Shown piece by piece: positions 1 through 9,865 of a DNA stretch of 64,000 nt. A program made the position numbers and the translations under genes. This stretch comes from an uncultured Gaiellaceae bacterium (GTDB lineage Bacteria > Actinomycetota > Thermoleophilia > Gaiellales > Gaiellaceae). The stretch is taken from NCBI GenBank assembly GCA_963791905.1, contig CAWBTX010000008.1:6359-70358 (forward strand). The letters run 5' to 3'. Numbering within the stretch: the first letter of the stretch is position 1; each line of letters starts with the position of its first letter. A model generated the notes under the pieces. That model saw only the letters and a program-made list of their open reading frames with translations, did no database searches and was not told where the DNA came from.

Positions 1-541
1 CGGCATATGTTGCGTCGCGCATCTGGACGTGGTTGTAGGGGGCGAGGACCGAGTCGAACGCGAAGCGCTCGAGGCTCCGAAGGTGCATCCTCGCAACAGT
101 GAGCCCGTGCCCGGTGACGCCGATGAAGCGCACCAGCCCTTCGTCCCTGGCCTCGATCGCTGCCTCGAGCGCACCGCCGTCTCGCAGCGCGAACTCCCAG
201 TCGATCACGTCGACCAGGTTGTGCAGCTGAAGCAGATCGACGTGGTCGACGCCGAGGCGGTCGAGCGAGCGGCGGATCTCCTCGCGCGCGCCCGCGTAGT
301 CGCGCCTGCCCGTCTTGGTCGCGAGGAAGAACCGGCCGGGGTTGCGTGCCAGCCACGGCGCAAGCCGCAGCTCCGCGTCACCGTACGAGGCCGCGGTGTC
401 GATGTGGTTGACCCCGAACTCCAGGAGTGCCTCCAGCGTCGGATCCGCCTCGGACTGTGAGAGCGAGCCGAGCGCGGCCGCGCCGAAGATCGTGCGCGTG
501 CTCTCGTGACCCGTGTTCCCAAACGGCCCCTTCGCGATCAC
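1..541 (-). CDS. aldo/keto reductase (partial; C-terminal end lies beyond the window start)
   Basis: The minus-strand frame is open from the window edge to a GTG at 541..539, which is preceded by an in-frame TAG. Translation [63 protein letters not shown] fits the AKR family. It is absent from the ORF track because no stop codon lies inside the window. Confidence 0.8.
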   Translation of the reverse strand, partial: MIAKGPFGNTGHESTRTIFGAAALGSLSQSEADPTLEALLEFGVNHIDTAASYGDAELRLAPWLARNPGRFFLATKTGRRDYAGAREEIRRSLDRLGVDHVDLLQLHNLVDVIDWEFALRDGGALEAAIEARDEGLVRFIGVTGHGLTVARMHLRSLERFAFDSVLAPYNHVQMRDATYA

Positions 542-648
542 GACCCGAGACTATCCACTCATGCCGCGTGACCTGGTCACTGTCGGCGACGTGATGCTCG
601 ACGGGACGATCGAGGCGCGGCGCTCGCGGAAGGCGCTATCGTCTCGGC

Positions 649-909
649 ATGGCCCAAGAAGCGGAGGCGAGCAGCGGTCACGCGATTGCCCGGCTGGCGG
701 ACTCGGGCGAGGACGCGATGCGCAATCTCGTCGCCCTCCCGCTGCGGATGTTCGCCGGGGCGCTTGGCATCTTCGAGGAGCTACTCCGTACGGCCGCCGA
801 TGCGGTCAGCGAAGGCGATCCACGGGTCGTGGACTTGGAGAGGCGCGTGGACTCGCTCGAGGAGCAGGTGCAGACATCGCAGCGGAGAAGCGCGGGGCCT
901 AAGACGTAA
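649..909 (+). CDS. hypothetical small protein (86 aa, coiled-coil-like)
   Basis: ATG ORF with good GC3 bias. I recognise no family. Confidence 0.3.
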   Translation: MAQEAEASSGHAIARLADSGEDAMRNLVALPLRMFAGALGIFEELLRTAADAVSEGDPRVVDLERRVDSLEEQVQTSQRRSAGPKT

Positions 910-1176
910 GCAGTTGGCCGCCGGGCCTTCTAGCTCGCCAGGCCCTTCCGCCCGCGCCGGCAGTGGACAGCGCGTCGTGCATGACCCAAACGGGTCTTGG
1001 CCGCATCCGCGATCTCGTCAAGTATCGCCCGCAACTAGGTCCGGACGCCGAGGGGAGAAGCTGCTGGCAGAGCTGCGGGAAGGCAATGTCGCGCTCAACC
1101 GTGACGACCCGCACCCTTGACACAGGTCCCGCCGCTCCCGGAGGATCGGACCCCGACCAAACGGAGGTATGAGAAC

Positions 1177-2214
1177 GTGACCCTTCCCGGAAGCACGCGC
1201 CTGAAGGCGCTCGTGGCACTAGGGATCGTGGGCATCGCCGCCGCCGCCGCGGTGAGTACCGCGGCGGCACGTCCCGACGCGGGGCAAGGAGCGAAGCTCC
1301 GCATCGGGTACGTCCTGCCCGACCTCGCGAACCCGTTCATCGCCGGCCTCCGCGACGGCGCAGTCGTCGAGGCGAAGAAGCAGGGGATCAACTTGCTCGT
1401 GAAGGGAACGAACGACTCGAAGGGCCAGACGGACGCGATGCTCGCGTACGTCGGCGCCAAGGTCGACGCGATCGGTGTCGACGCGATCGACGGCGCAGCC
1501 ATCTCGCCCGCGGTCAAGGCGGCGAACAAGGCCGGCATTCCGGTGATAGCGATCCAGGCGCAGCCGTCGAGCGGCAAGGTCGCGACGTTCATCGCCGCCG
1601 ACAACAAGCAGGGCGGCGTGCTGATCGGAAGGTCGATCGTCGCGTACTGCAAGGGCAAGGACCCGTGCAAGCTCGGCGTCGTCGAGGGGAACCTCGCCGA
1701 CCAGTCGGGCCGGGACGAGAACGCGGGGATGCGTTCGGTCGTCTCCAAGGCGCCGAACATCGAGATCGTGGGCAATCAGCCGACCGACTACGACCCCGTG
1801 AGGGCGTTGAATGTGGCGACGAACCTGCTCACGGCGAACCCCGACCTGAACTACATCTATTCCTGGTGGGATCAGGGTGCGCTGGCTGCACTGCAGGCGG
1901 CGAAGTCAAAGGGCCTCGCCGGCAAGATCGGCATCGCCGGCTTCGGCGGCAACTGCCTCAACCTCGCGGAGGTGATCAAGGGCAACATCCACCACGAGAC
2001 CACCTTCTTCCCGCAGTCGATGGGCGCGCAGATGGTGCAGGCGGCGCAGAAGGCCATCAAGGGCCAGAAGCTGCCGGCGATCACGCCGGCGCCGATCCTC
2101 GCCGTGACGACGAACTACGCGAACGCCCTCCTCTCCGGCAAGGCGAAGCCGCCGGCCGGGCTGGGGATCATCGCGAAGCTGAAGCAGGCGAAGTCCGGCA
2201 AGTGCCCGAAGTAG
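1177..2214 (+). CDS. sugar ABC transporter substrate-binding protein (RbsB/FrcB-like periplasmic binding protein)
   Basis: GTG at 1177 follows a GGAGG at 1163..1167. There is a signal/anchor segment LKALVALGIVGIAAAAAVSTAAA. The sequence RIGYVLPDLANPFIAGLRDGA..AIGVDAIDG..KAGIPVIAI is typical of the Peripla_BP_4 family. Confidence 0.85.
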   Translation: MTLPGSTRLKALVALGIVGIAAAAAVSTAAARPDAGQGAKLRIGYVLPDLANPFIAGLRDGAVVEAKKQGINLLVKGTNDSKGQTDAMLAYVGAKVDAIGVDAIDGAAISPAVKAANKAGIPVIAIQAQPSSGKVATFIAADNKQGGVLIGRSIVAYCKGKDPCKLGVVEGNLADQSGRDENAGMRSVVSKAPNIEIVGNQPTDYDPVRALNVATNLLTANPDLNYIYSWWDQGALAALQAAKSKGLAGKIGIAGFGGNCLNLAEVIKGNIHHETTFFPQSMGAQMVQAAQKAIKGQKLPAITPAPILAVTTNYANALLSGKAKPPAGLGIIAKLKQAKSGKCPK

Positions 2215-2285
2215 AACCGCGTGAGGCGGCGGCCGGGAACCCGGCCGCCGCCCCTGCGACGGGCTGGCGGCGCGCGGCCGGCGCT

Positions 2286-3249
2286 GTGCGCACGAGCGAT
2301 CAGCTCGCCGGGTCGCTGCGCGTCGTCGGGATCCTCGTCGCGCTCGCGGGCATCTGGCTCTACTTCTCGCTCAAGTCCGAGTTCTTCCTGACGCAGCCGA
2401 ACATCTTCAACATCCTGCTGCAGGCGTCGAACGTCGGCATCATCGCGGCGGGATTGACGGTGGTGATGATCACGGGCGAGATCGATCTCTCGATCGGCTC
2501 GCTCGAGGCGCTCGCAGGTTCGGTGGCGGCGGTCGTGATCATCCGGCACGGCGAGCCGGTGTGGGTCGGCATCGCTGGCAGGCCTCGGGGCGACCGTCCT
2601 CTGCGGCCTTGTCAGCGGCTTCCTGACGTCGAGGCTCAAGGTCGTCTCGTTCATCTCGACGCTCGCCATGCTCGGGATCGCGCAGGGGATCGCGTTCCTG
2701 CTCACGAATGGCCAGGCGGTCGCCGGCTTCCCGAGCCCGTACGACAAGATCGGAACCTCCGACATCCGCGGTTTCCCGGGCGCTGTGGTCATTGCGATCG
2801 TCGTCTTTGTCGTGCTCCACCTGATGCTGACGCGGACGAAGCTCGGGGTCCAGATCTACGCGGTCGGCGGCAACGCGCAATCGGCCGCCTACGCGGGGAT
2901 CCGCGTCGGGCGCGTCAAGATGATCGCGCTCGCGATCAGCGGCCTCACGGCCGGCATCGGCGGCCTGATCGTCAGCTCGCGGCTCGACGCGGGCAACGGG
3001 CTCTTCGGCGCGGGCGACCTGCTCGGCGCGGTCGCCGCGGTCGTGATCGGCGGCACCTCGCTCTTCGGCGGGGTCGGCAGCGTCGTCGGCACCGCGATCG
3101 GCGTCGTCATGATCGCGACCATCAACAACGGGCTCGTGCTCCTGAACATCCCCGATTTCTGGCAGCAGATCGTCATCGGCTGCATCATCATCGGTGCCAT
3201 GGTGCTCGACCAGCTGGCGAAGACGGCGCGGTCGGTGATCCGCGCATGA
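2286..3249 (+). CDS. sugar ABC transporter permease (RbsC/FrcC-like), reading frame broken near 2580
   Basis: The N-terminal part (GILVALAGIWLYFSLKSEFFLTQPNIFNILLQASNVGIIAAGLTVVMITGEIDLSIGS..VWVGIAG) is in frame 0. It continues in frame 1 (GLGATVLCGLVSGFLTSRLKVVSFISTLAMLGIAQGIAFLL..). One extra base at about 2580 separates the two parts. Confidence 0.8.
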
Positions 3250-4019
3250 CGACGCCGGCGGTAGAGGTGCGCGGCCTCGAGAAGTCGTACGGCGCCGTGC
3301 AGGCGCTGCGCGGCGTGAGCCTCGAGCTGCATGCCGGCGAGGTGCTTGGCCTCGTCGGCGACAACGGTGCCGGAAAGACGACGCTCGTCAAGTGCATCGC
3401 GGGCGTGCACCGCGCCGATGGGGGCGAGATCCGCGTCGACGGCGAGCTACGCCGCAACCTCGACGCCGACTCCGCGCGCTCGCTCGGGATCGAGACGGTG
3501 CACCAGAACCTCTCGCTCGTCGACACGCTCGACGTGGCGCAGAACTTCTTCCTCAATCGCGAGCTCGTCCACGGTAACTGGGCGCGGGCGCTCTCCTGGA
3601 CGAACCGGCGCGCGATGTACCGCGACACGCGCAAGATCCTCTCGGGCTTCGGCCTCGACGTGAGCCCACGCCGCCCGGTCTCGGCGCTCTCGGGAGGGCA
3701 GCGGCAGATGATCGCCGTCGCGCGCGCGATTCACTGGGGGCGGCACATCGTCATCCTCGACGAGCCCGCCGCCGCGCTCGGCGTGCGCCAGTCGATGCAG
3801 GTGCTGCAGTTCGTGCGCAGCCTCGCCGACCGCGGCGTCGCGGTCCTCTTCATCAGCCACAACATGCAGCACGTCTTGCGCACGACGACGCGCATCCTCG
3901 TCCTCCGGCACGGCGAGAAGGTCGGCGACGTGCCGACTGCAGAGACGGACGCGCGCGAGATCGTCACGCTCATCACCGGCTCCGACCTCGTCGTCGAAGG
4001 GCAGGATCTCGCGGTATGA
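3246..4019 (+). CDS. ABC transporter ATP-binding protein (single NBD, FrcA-like)
   Basis: ATG at 3246. Walker A is GDNGAGKTT, the signature is LSGGQRQ and Walker B is ILDEPAAALG. Its start overlaps the permease stop. Confidence 0.9.
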   Translation: MTTPAVEVRGLEKSYGAVQALRGVSLELHAGEVLGLVGDNGAGKTTLVKCIAGVHRADGGEIRVDGELRRNLDADSARSLGIETVHQNLSLVDTLDVAQNFFLNRELVHGNWARALSWTNRRAMYRDTRKILSGFGLDVSPRRPVSALSGGQRQMIAVARAIHWGRHIVILDEPAAALGVRQSMQVLQFVRSLADRGVAVLFISHNMQHVLRTTTRILVLRHGEKVGDVPTAETDAREIVTLITGSDLVVEGQDLAV

Positions 4020-4829
4020 GCTACGAACGCGACGGTTACGTCAGCCCGATCCGCGTGCTAGATGAGAGCGAGGTCGCGCGCTTCCGCGAGGCGTACGAGG
4101 ACTACGAGCGCTCGCTGGGCGACCGGCTTGCCGCAGTGCCGCCGCGCGATCGCTACGTGTTCTTCGCCGAGACGCACGCGTACCTGCCGTGGGTGTTCGA
4201 ACTGGCCACGCGACCGCGTGTGCTCGACGCGGTTGCCGCGATCCTCGGCCCGGATCTCTTGATCTGGGACTCGCGCTGGTTCACCAAGAAGCCGCACGAT
4301 CCCACCTACGTCACGTGGCACCAGGACGGCACGTACTGGGCGCTCGCACCCGCCGAAGGTCTGCACGGCGTGGATCGCGCTCTCGCGCTCGAACGAGGCG
4401 AACGGGGCAATGAAGGTGATCCCGGGCAGCCACCTCGGCGCCGATCTGCCTCACCGCGACACGTTCGCCGACGACAACGCGCTCGCGCGCGGCCAGGAGA
4501 TCGCGGTCGAGGTGGACGAGGAGCAGGCGGTGCCGCTCGTGCTCGAGCCGGGCGAGATGTCGATCCACCACATCGGCGTCGTCCACGGCTCGGAGCCGAA
4601 CCGCTCGGACGAGTGGCGGATCGGGGTCGCAGTCCGCTTCGTCGCGCCGGAGGTGCGCCAGGACGTCGAGAAGGCGATGGCGGTCCTCGCCCACGGCGAG
4701 GACCGCTTCGGCCACTTCGACCTGCTCGAGGTGCCGACCGACTCCTCGCCGGCGGTCGTCGAGCGGCTGCGCGCCGAGATCGTCGAGCGGATGTACGGCA
4801 ACCTGATGCCGCCGAGCCCTTCGGCGTGA
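4016..4829 (+). CDS. phytanoyl-CoA dioxygenase (PhyH) family Fe(II)/2-oxoglutarate oxygenase, frame broken near 4358
   Basis: An ATGA overlap joins it to the upstream stop. The N-terminal part reads ..YVTWHQDGTYWALAPAE in frame 2. It continues VCTAWIALSRSNEANGAMKVIPGSH..HHIGVVHGSEPNRS in frame 0. Confidence 0.8.
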
Positions 4830-6368
4830 CGCCGGAGGAGCTGCGCGGGCCGTCGCCGAACGACATCGAGCGGCTCGCCGCGCTCGACGACGTCGAGCTC
4901 GCGGACGCGGAGGTGGAGGAGCTGCAGCCCGTCATCGCCGCGCTCGTCGCGGCAGCGGCGGCGGCGCTCGCCGTCGAGGAGCCGCGACCGCCCGCGCCGG
5001 CGCGCGAGTGGTGGCCACCGCCGGCGGAGGAGAATCCGTACAACGCCTTCATCACGTGCTGCCGCGTCGAGGGCGCCGCGGGCGGCCTGCTCGCAGGTCG
5101 CTCCGTCGGCGTGAAGGACAACATCTCGGTTGCGGGGGTGCCGACCTCGAACGGCTCGCGGTTGCCGTCGTTCACGCCCGCGGTCGACGCCGTCGTCGTC
5201 GAGCGCATCCTCGCCGCCGGCGGGACGATCGTCGGCAAGCTGAACATGGACGATTTCGGTGCGGCGGGGACGGGGGAGACGAGCGCGTTCGGGCCCTCCC
5301 TGAACCCGGTCAACACCGCCTACTCCGCCGGCGGCTCCTCCGGCGGCTCGGGCGCCGCCGTCCGCTCGGGCGAGTGCGATCTCGCGCTCGCGGTCGACCA
5401 GGGCGGGAGCGGCCGGATTCCCGCCGCTTTCTGCGGCCTCGTGGCGGCGAAGGGGACGCACGGCCTCGTCCCGTCGCAGGGCGTCACTCACATCGACCAC
5501 ACGATCGACTGCGTGACCCCGATCGCGCGCACGGTTCGCGAGGCGGCGCTCCTCCTCGAGGCGGTCGCAGGCGCGGACGAGCGCGACCCGCAGTGGGTCC
5601 GTGGGCCGGTCGCGACCGAGGGCTACGCGGAGGCCGAGCGCCGCGGGCGTCGAAGGCCTGCGGATCGGCATCGTCGACGAGAGCTGCAGCGCCCGCTACT
5701 GCGTCCCGGCCGTCCTCGACGGCGTCGAGCGGTCCGCAGCTGTGCTGCGCGCCGAGGGCGCCTCGGTCGAGCGCTTCTCGTTGCCGATCTGGGAGCACGC
5801 GCTCGTGATCTTCCAGCCCTACATCGGCTGCCTCGTCGCGAACATGTTTCGCTCGGAGAACGAGGGCTACGGCCATCTCGGCGAGATCGACGCGGAGCGG
5901 ATTGCGTGGTTCGGCCGCGTCCGCCGCGAGCACTCCGTCGACCTCGCGAAGCAGGTGAAGAGCTGGCTCGTTGCCGACCGCTACCTGCACGAGCTCTCCG
6001 CGAACGCCGTCTATGCGCGGCTGCACAACCTCCGCCTGCGCGTGCGGCGCGAGCTCTCCGCGGCGCTCGAGCGCTACGACCTGCTGCTGACGCCGACGCT
6101 GCCGATCACCGCCCCGCGCCTCTTGGAGGGGCCGGCGAGCTTCGCCGAGATCGCCGCGCGCACGTCGGCGGCGCTCTGCTTCAACACCGCGCCGCTGAAC
6201 CTCAGTGGCCACCCCGCGCTCTCCGTCCCGAGCGGCGCCGACGCGGACGGCCTGCCGACGGCGGTGCAGCTCGTAGGCCCGCACTGGGGCGAGCGGCAGG
6301 CGTTCCGCGCCGCGTTTGCCCTCGAGCGCGCGCTCGGGCCGTTCGCGGAGCCCGCCGGCCGTGAGTGA
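4826..6368 (+). CDS. amidase (amidase-signature family), frame broken near 5640
   Basis: A GTGA overlap joins it to the PhyH stop. It carries the GGSSGGSGAAV signature. The C-terminal half (GVEGLRIGIVDE..LLLTPTLPITAP..GHPALSVP..LPTAVQLVGP) lies in the +1 frame. Confidence 0.8.
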
Positions 6369-6370
6369 AG

Positions 6371-6400
6371 AACCGGGGCCCCGCTCTGGGGGCCCCGGTT
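6371..6400. terminator. GC-rich hairpin between convergent genes
   Basis: AACCGGGGCCCC-gctctg-GGGGCCCCGGTT forms a 12-bp perfect stem. It lies between the amidase stop (6368) and the RTX-like gene stop (6424). Confidence 0.55.
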
Positions 6401-6423
6401 GAGAGCGCGTGGTTCCGGTGCGG

Positions 6424-8291
6424 TCAGTCCTGCACGATGACGTTGAGGCCGGGCCCGCCGTCGAGGACGTCGGTTCCGGGACCGCCGACCAGCACGTCGT
6501 TGCCGTCGCGGCCGAACAGCGTGTCGTTCCCGCCGCCGCCGACGAGGAGGTCGTCGCCGGCGCCGCCGTCCAGCGTGAGCAGGGTCGAGTTGGCGGACAC
6601 CCGGGCTGCGTCGACGATGTCGTTGCCTGCGAGCGCGTTGATCGTGAGCACGTCGGTCGCCGGGTCGGCGTTCGTGACGCTCACCGTCGCAGCCAGGCCG
6701 GTGACGCTGGCCGTCCCGCTCCTGCTCCGGATCCCGCCGGCAACCTCGATCGCGTCGTTGCCGATGGTGCCGTTGACGATGACGCTGTCGGTCGCGGCGT
6801 CGCCGGTGCTGCCGCCGAGGGTGGCGGCCAGGTTGGCGTTGACGGTCTGCACGTCCGTGCCGGTCAGGTCGTTGACCGTCACCGTGTCCGGGCCGCCGAG
6901 GGCGTTGAAGTCGACCTTCTCGACGTCGTTGGTGTCCATGGTGATGGTGGCCTGGGTGCGGAAGAAGCGCAGGCGCTCGCCGTTGGCCGACAGGTCGACC
7001 TGCTCGGCGACGTTGGCGCCGTTGAACAGCATCGTGTCGGTGCCGGCCTGGCCCTCGACGGTGTCGCTGCCGTCGCCTGGATCCCAGACGAAGGTGTCGT
7101 CGCCGGCGCCCATGAAGGCGGCATCGTTGGCCCCGTTCCCGTCGATCGAGTCGTTTCCGTCGCCGCCGAACGCGACCTCGATCCCCCTGGCGCCGGCGAT
7201 CGTGTCGTCTCCGGCGCCGCCGTCGAGCCGCAGGGCGATCGCCTGAGCTGCGAGCGCGGCTGCGGAGATCCGGTCGTTGCCGCCGAGCCCGTTGACGGCG
7301 AGCGCGTCGTTCGGCTCCTGGTGCTGAATCGCCACGAGCGCCGCCAGGCCGGACACGGCCACACCGGAGGCATCTCCGCCGACGTTGATCGTGTCGGCGC
7401 CGTTGCTGCCGTTGACGATGACGCTGTCGGTCGCGGCGTCGCCGGTGCTGCCGCCGAGGGTGGCGGCCAGGTTGGCGTTGACGGTCTCGACGTCTGTGCC
7501 GGTCAGGTCGTTGACCGTCACCGTGTCCGGGCCGCCGAGGGCGTTGAAGTCGACCTTCTCGACGTCGTTCGTGTCCATGGTGATGGTGGCCTGGGTGCGG
7601 AAGAAGCGCAGGCGCTCGCCGTTGGCCGACAGGTCGACCTGCTCGGCGACGTTGGCGCCGTTGAAGAGCATCGTGTCGGTGCCGGCCTGGCCTTCGACGG
7701 TGTCGCTGCCGTCGCCTGGATCCCAGACGAAGGTGTCGTCGCCGGCGCCCAGGAGCGCGAGGTCGTTCCCCCGGTTCCCGTCGATCGAGTCGTCGCCGTA
7801 GCCGCCGAGCAGCAGCTCGGCTCCGGAGCCGCCGTCGAGCTCGTCGTTTCCATCATCACCGTCGAGCGTCGTCGAGATGACGTCGGTGAAGACGCCGTTG
7901 GCCTCGTCGACGCGCACGCGGTCGTCGCCGGCCCTCGCATCGACGGCGATTCTCGCGATTCTGTCGCGCTCGAACTGGAAGTCGGCCAGGCCGTCGTCGC
8001 CGATGTCGACTTGGAGGATGCCGGGCTGGCCGGCCTTCAGGCGAAGCGCGATCGTCTCGCTCGCTTTGGTACCTACGACGGTCAGCATGCCGCGCCTCAG
8101 GTTGGGACGCTTGAACTCGGACTTCCTGTCGTGGTACGACGCCTTGGCGACGTGGGGGAAGGCGCGGCCTTCGCCGTCTCCGTCACGATCCCGGCCGCGA
8201 CGGCGCCGACGATGATCAGTGCTACAGCCGAGGCAGTAACTGTGACGGACCGCACGGCACGCGACTCCTTGGTGCGATTGAGCTTCGACAT
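6424..8291 (-). CDS. secreted calcium-binding repeat protein (hemolysin/RTX-type GGxGxD repeats), frame broken near 8150-8160
   Basis: The 554-aa ORF has many GGxGxD / GxDxL nonapeptide-like repeats and ends GGPGLNVIVQD. The signal peptide MSKLNRTKESRAVRSVTVTASAVALIIVGAVAAGIVTETAKA is encoded at 8291..8160 in a different frame. Shifting frame by one missing base at the G5 run (8154..8158) gives a continuous ..FPHVAKASYHDRKSEFKRPNLRRGMLTVVGTKASETIALRL... Confidence 0.8.
6751..7814 (-). repeat. internal tandem module duplication inside the RTX-like gene (period 639 bp = 213 codons)
   Basis: 6751..7175 and 7390..7814 align at an offset of exactly 639 bp. The core (6771..7112 versus 7410..7751) has only a handful of mismatches. 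The protein segment DDTFVWDPGDGSDTVEGQAGTDTMLFNGANVAEQVDLSANGERLRFFRTQATITMDTNDVEKVDFNALGGPDTVTVNDLTGTDV occurs twice. Confidence 0.9.
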
Positions 8292-8338
8292 CTGAGTGCG
8301 TCTCCTCTCGAGTGAACAGATGAGCTTGTCGCCGTCAA

Positions 8339-8365
8339 GGACGCCGTTCGCGGCCGTCTATTCCC
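8339..8365 (-). promoter_or_regulatory. candidate ECF-sigma-type promoter upstream of the RTX-like gene
   Basis: The minus strand reads GGGAAT-N16-CGTCC about 48 nt upstream of the ATG at 8291. It resembles the generic GGAAC-N16/17-CGTT ECF promoter pattern. The match was found by eye only. Confidence 0.25.
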
Positions 8366-8414
8366 GGCTCTATGCTCACGCCGACGCACCGGCCGCCCTC
8401 ATGTCACCTCGCCG

Positions 8415-8903
8415 ATGAAGCGCCCGCTCGACCCCGCCCGGCTCGGAGACCACCTGGACCGGCTCTACCGGGCCGCCTGGGCGCTCTGCGGCTCCCGCGA
8501 GGACGCGGAGGATCTCGTCCAGGACACCTACGCGCGCGTGCTCGCCCGTCCACGCCTGCTCCGCAACGAGGACGACCTCGGCTATCTGCTGCGCGCGCTT
8601 CGCAACACCTTCCTGAGCAAGAAGCGGACCGAGGGCCGCCGGCTGCGCCCCGGCCCGCTACCCGACCAGCTCGACGTCCTGCCCGATCCGCACGCGCGCG
8701 AGCCGCACGCGGCGCTCGAGGTGGGCGAGCTCTATGCGGCGGTCGCTGCGCTTCCCGGCGACTTCCGCGACGTTCTCGTTGCCGTCGACATCACCGGGCT
8801 CTCATACAAGGAGGCGGCCCGAGCACTGCGGATCCGCGAAGGCACCGTGATGAGCCGTCTCTACCGCGCCCGCCAACAGGTGGTGCGCCGCATCGAAGGT
8901 TAG
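8415..8903 (+). CDS. ECF-family RNA polymerase sigma factor
   Basis: Region 2 reads EDAEDLVQDTYARVL. Region 4 reads LPGDFRDVLVAVDITGLSYKEAARALRIREGTVMSRLYRAR. Confidence 0.9.
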   Translation: MKRPLDPARLGDHLDRLYRAAWALCGSREDAEDLVQDTYARVLARPRLLRNEDDLGYLLRALRNTFLSKKRTEGRRLRPGPLPDQLDVLPDPHAREPHAALEVGELYAAVAALPGDFRDVLVAVDITGLSYKEAARALRIREGTVMSRLYRARQQVVRRIEG

Positions 8904-9581
8904 TCGCCGGTGTCGACCGTTCCGACGAGCACCTTCTCGCCCGACGAGGCCTGCTCGCCGTCGGCCTGCTCACGCGTGACGGTCAGGGTCGTGAAGTCCT
9001 TCGGCGACACGCCCGCCCACATGGTGACGTCCCGACCCTCGTTGAACGTCCCGATCGGCACGAGCACGCCGGCGGCGTTACGGAGCCACGCCTCGTAGAA
9101 TCGCCCGTCCTCGAGGCGGGGAAGGCCCGTGGCGTCGAGCTCGATCTGCCAGCCCGATGACGTCTGGGTGAGTGTGGCCTCGCCGCTGGCGCCGGGCAGC
9201 AGCGCGGTCGGCGCGAGCGCAGCATGGAGACGCTCGCCGGAGGTGTCCGAACCGAAGACGCTCAGCCCGACTGCGACGGCCAGCACAGCCGCCGCGGCGG
9301 CGCCGATCAGGCTGAGTCGGTACGGCGTCGTGCCGTCGGGCTGCTCGCCGTGGCGCCTCGATGCGCGCGCGCAGCGTCGCCGGCGCCTCGACCTCGGCCA
9401 CGGCGGACCGGGTCAGCTCGACCGCCCGTTGTTGCTCGGCAAGCCGGTCGGCGAGCTCCGACGACGCTGCTACTCGTTCCTCGAGCGCGGCACGACGCTC
9501 CGGCGAGAGCGAGCCGTCCGCGAGCGCCGCCAGTTCGACGATCTCCTGACCGGCGGCCCGATCCTGTCGTCGGCGTCTCAT
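8900..9581 (-). CDS. anti-sigma factor (RskA-like C-terminal domain), frame broken near 9348
   Basis: The N-terminal part MRRRRQDRAAGQEIVELAALADGSLSPERRAALEERVAAS..RARIEA runs from the ATG at 9581. It continues in another frame as EQPDGTTPYRLSLIGAAAAAVLAVAVGLSVF (a TM helix). The following domain GRFYEAWLRNAAGVLVPIGTF..LTVTREQADG is RskA-like. Confidence 0.6.
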
Positions 9582-9865
9582 CGACACGGCACTGCACACG
9601 GTAACGGCGAGCGTGTCACGGCGCCGCGTGCGCACGGGGAAGGCGCTGCGAACGAGCGGCGAATTCACGGGAACGGCCCAGAAAACGTGTCACACCCGGG
9701 AGGACCCCGTTCGGCCGACGCTATTCCCACGGACGACCGCCGCTGCGGGTTTCAAGGCGTTTGGGTCAGGAATAGTCGCGTTGCACAGGTAACGACTCTG
9801 TGCATGGCAAGGTCAGGCCCGAGGCCGATCGACGGCACGACCACGCACACAAAAAAGGAGGAGCG

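Noticed and set aside
561-640. The ATG ORF beginning MPRDLVTVGDVMLDGTIE resembles the N-terminus of PfkB-family sugar kinases.
   Set aside because: Only about 18 residues are family-like. Coding signal then decays, and the 649..909 frame looks better. It is at most a remnant, so I did not list it as a feature.
6751-7814. Repeated DNA that might be mistaken for a CRISPR array or a mobile-element repeat.
   Set aside because: The repeats are two 425-bp in-frame coding modules of one GGxGxD-repeat protein. There is no short repeat/spacer periodicity, no cas genes and no terminal inverted repeats.
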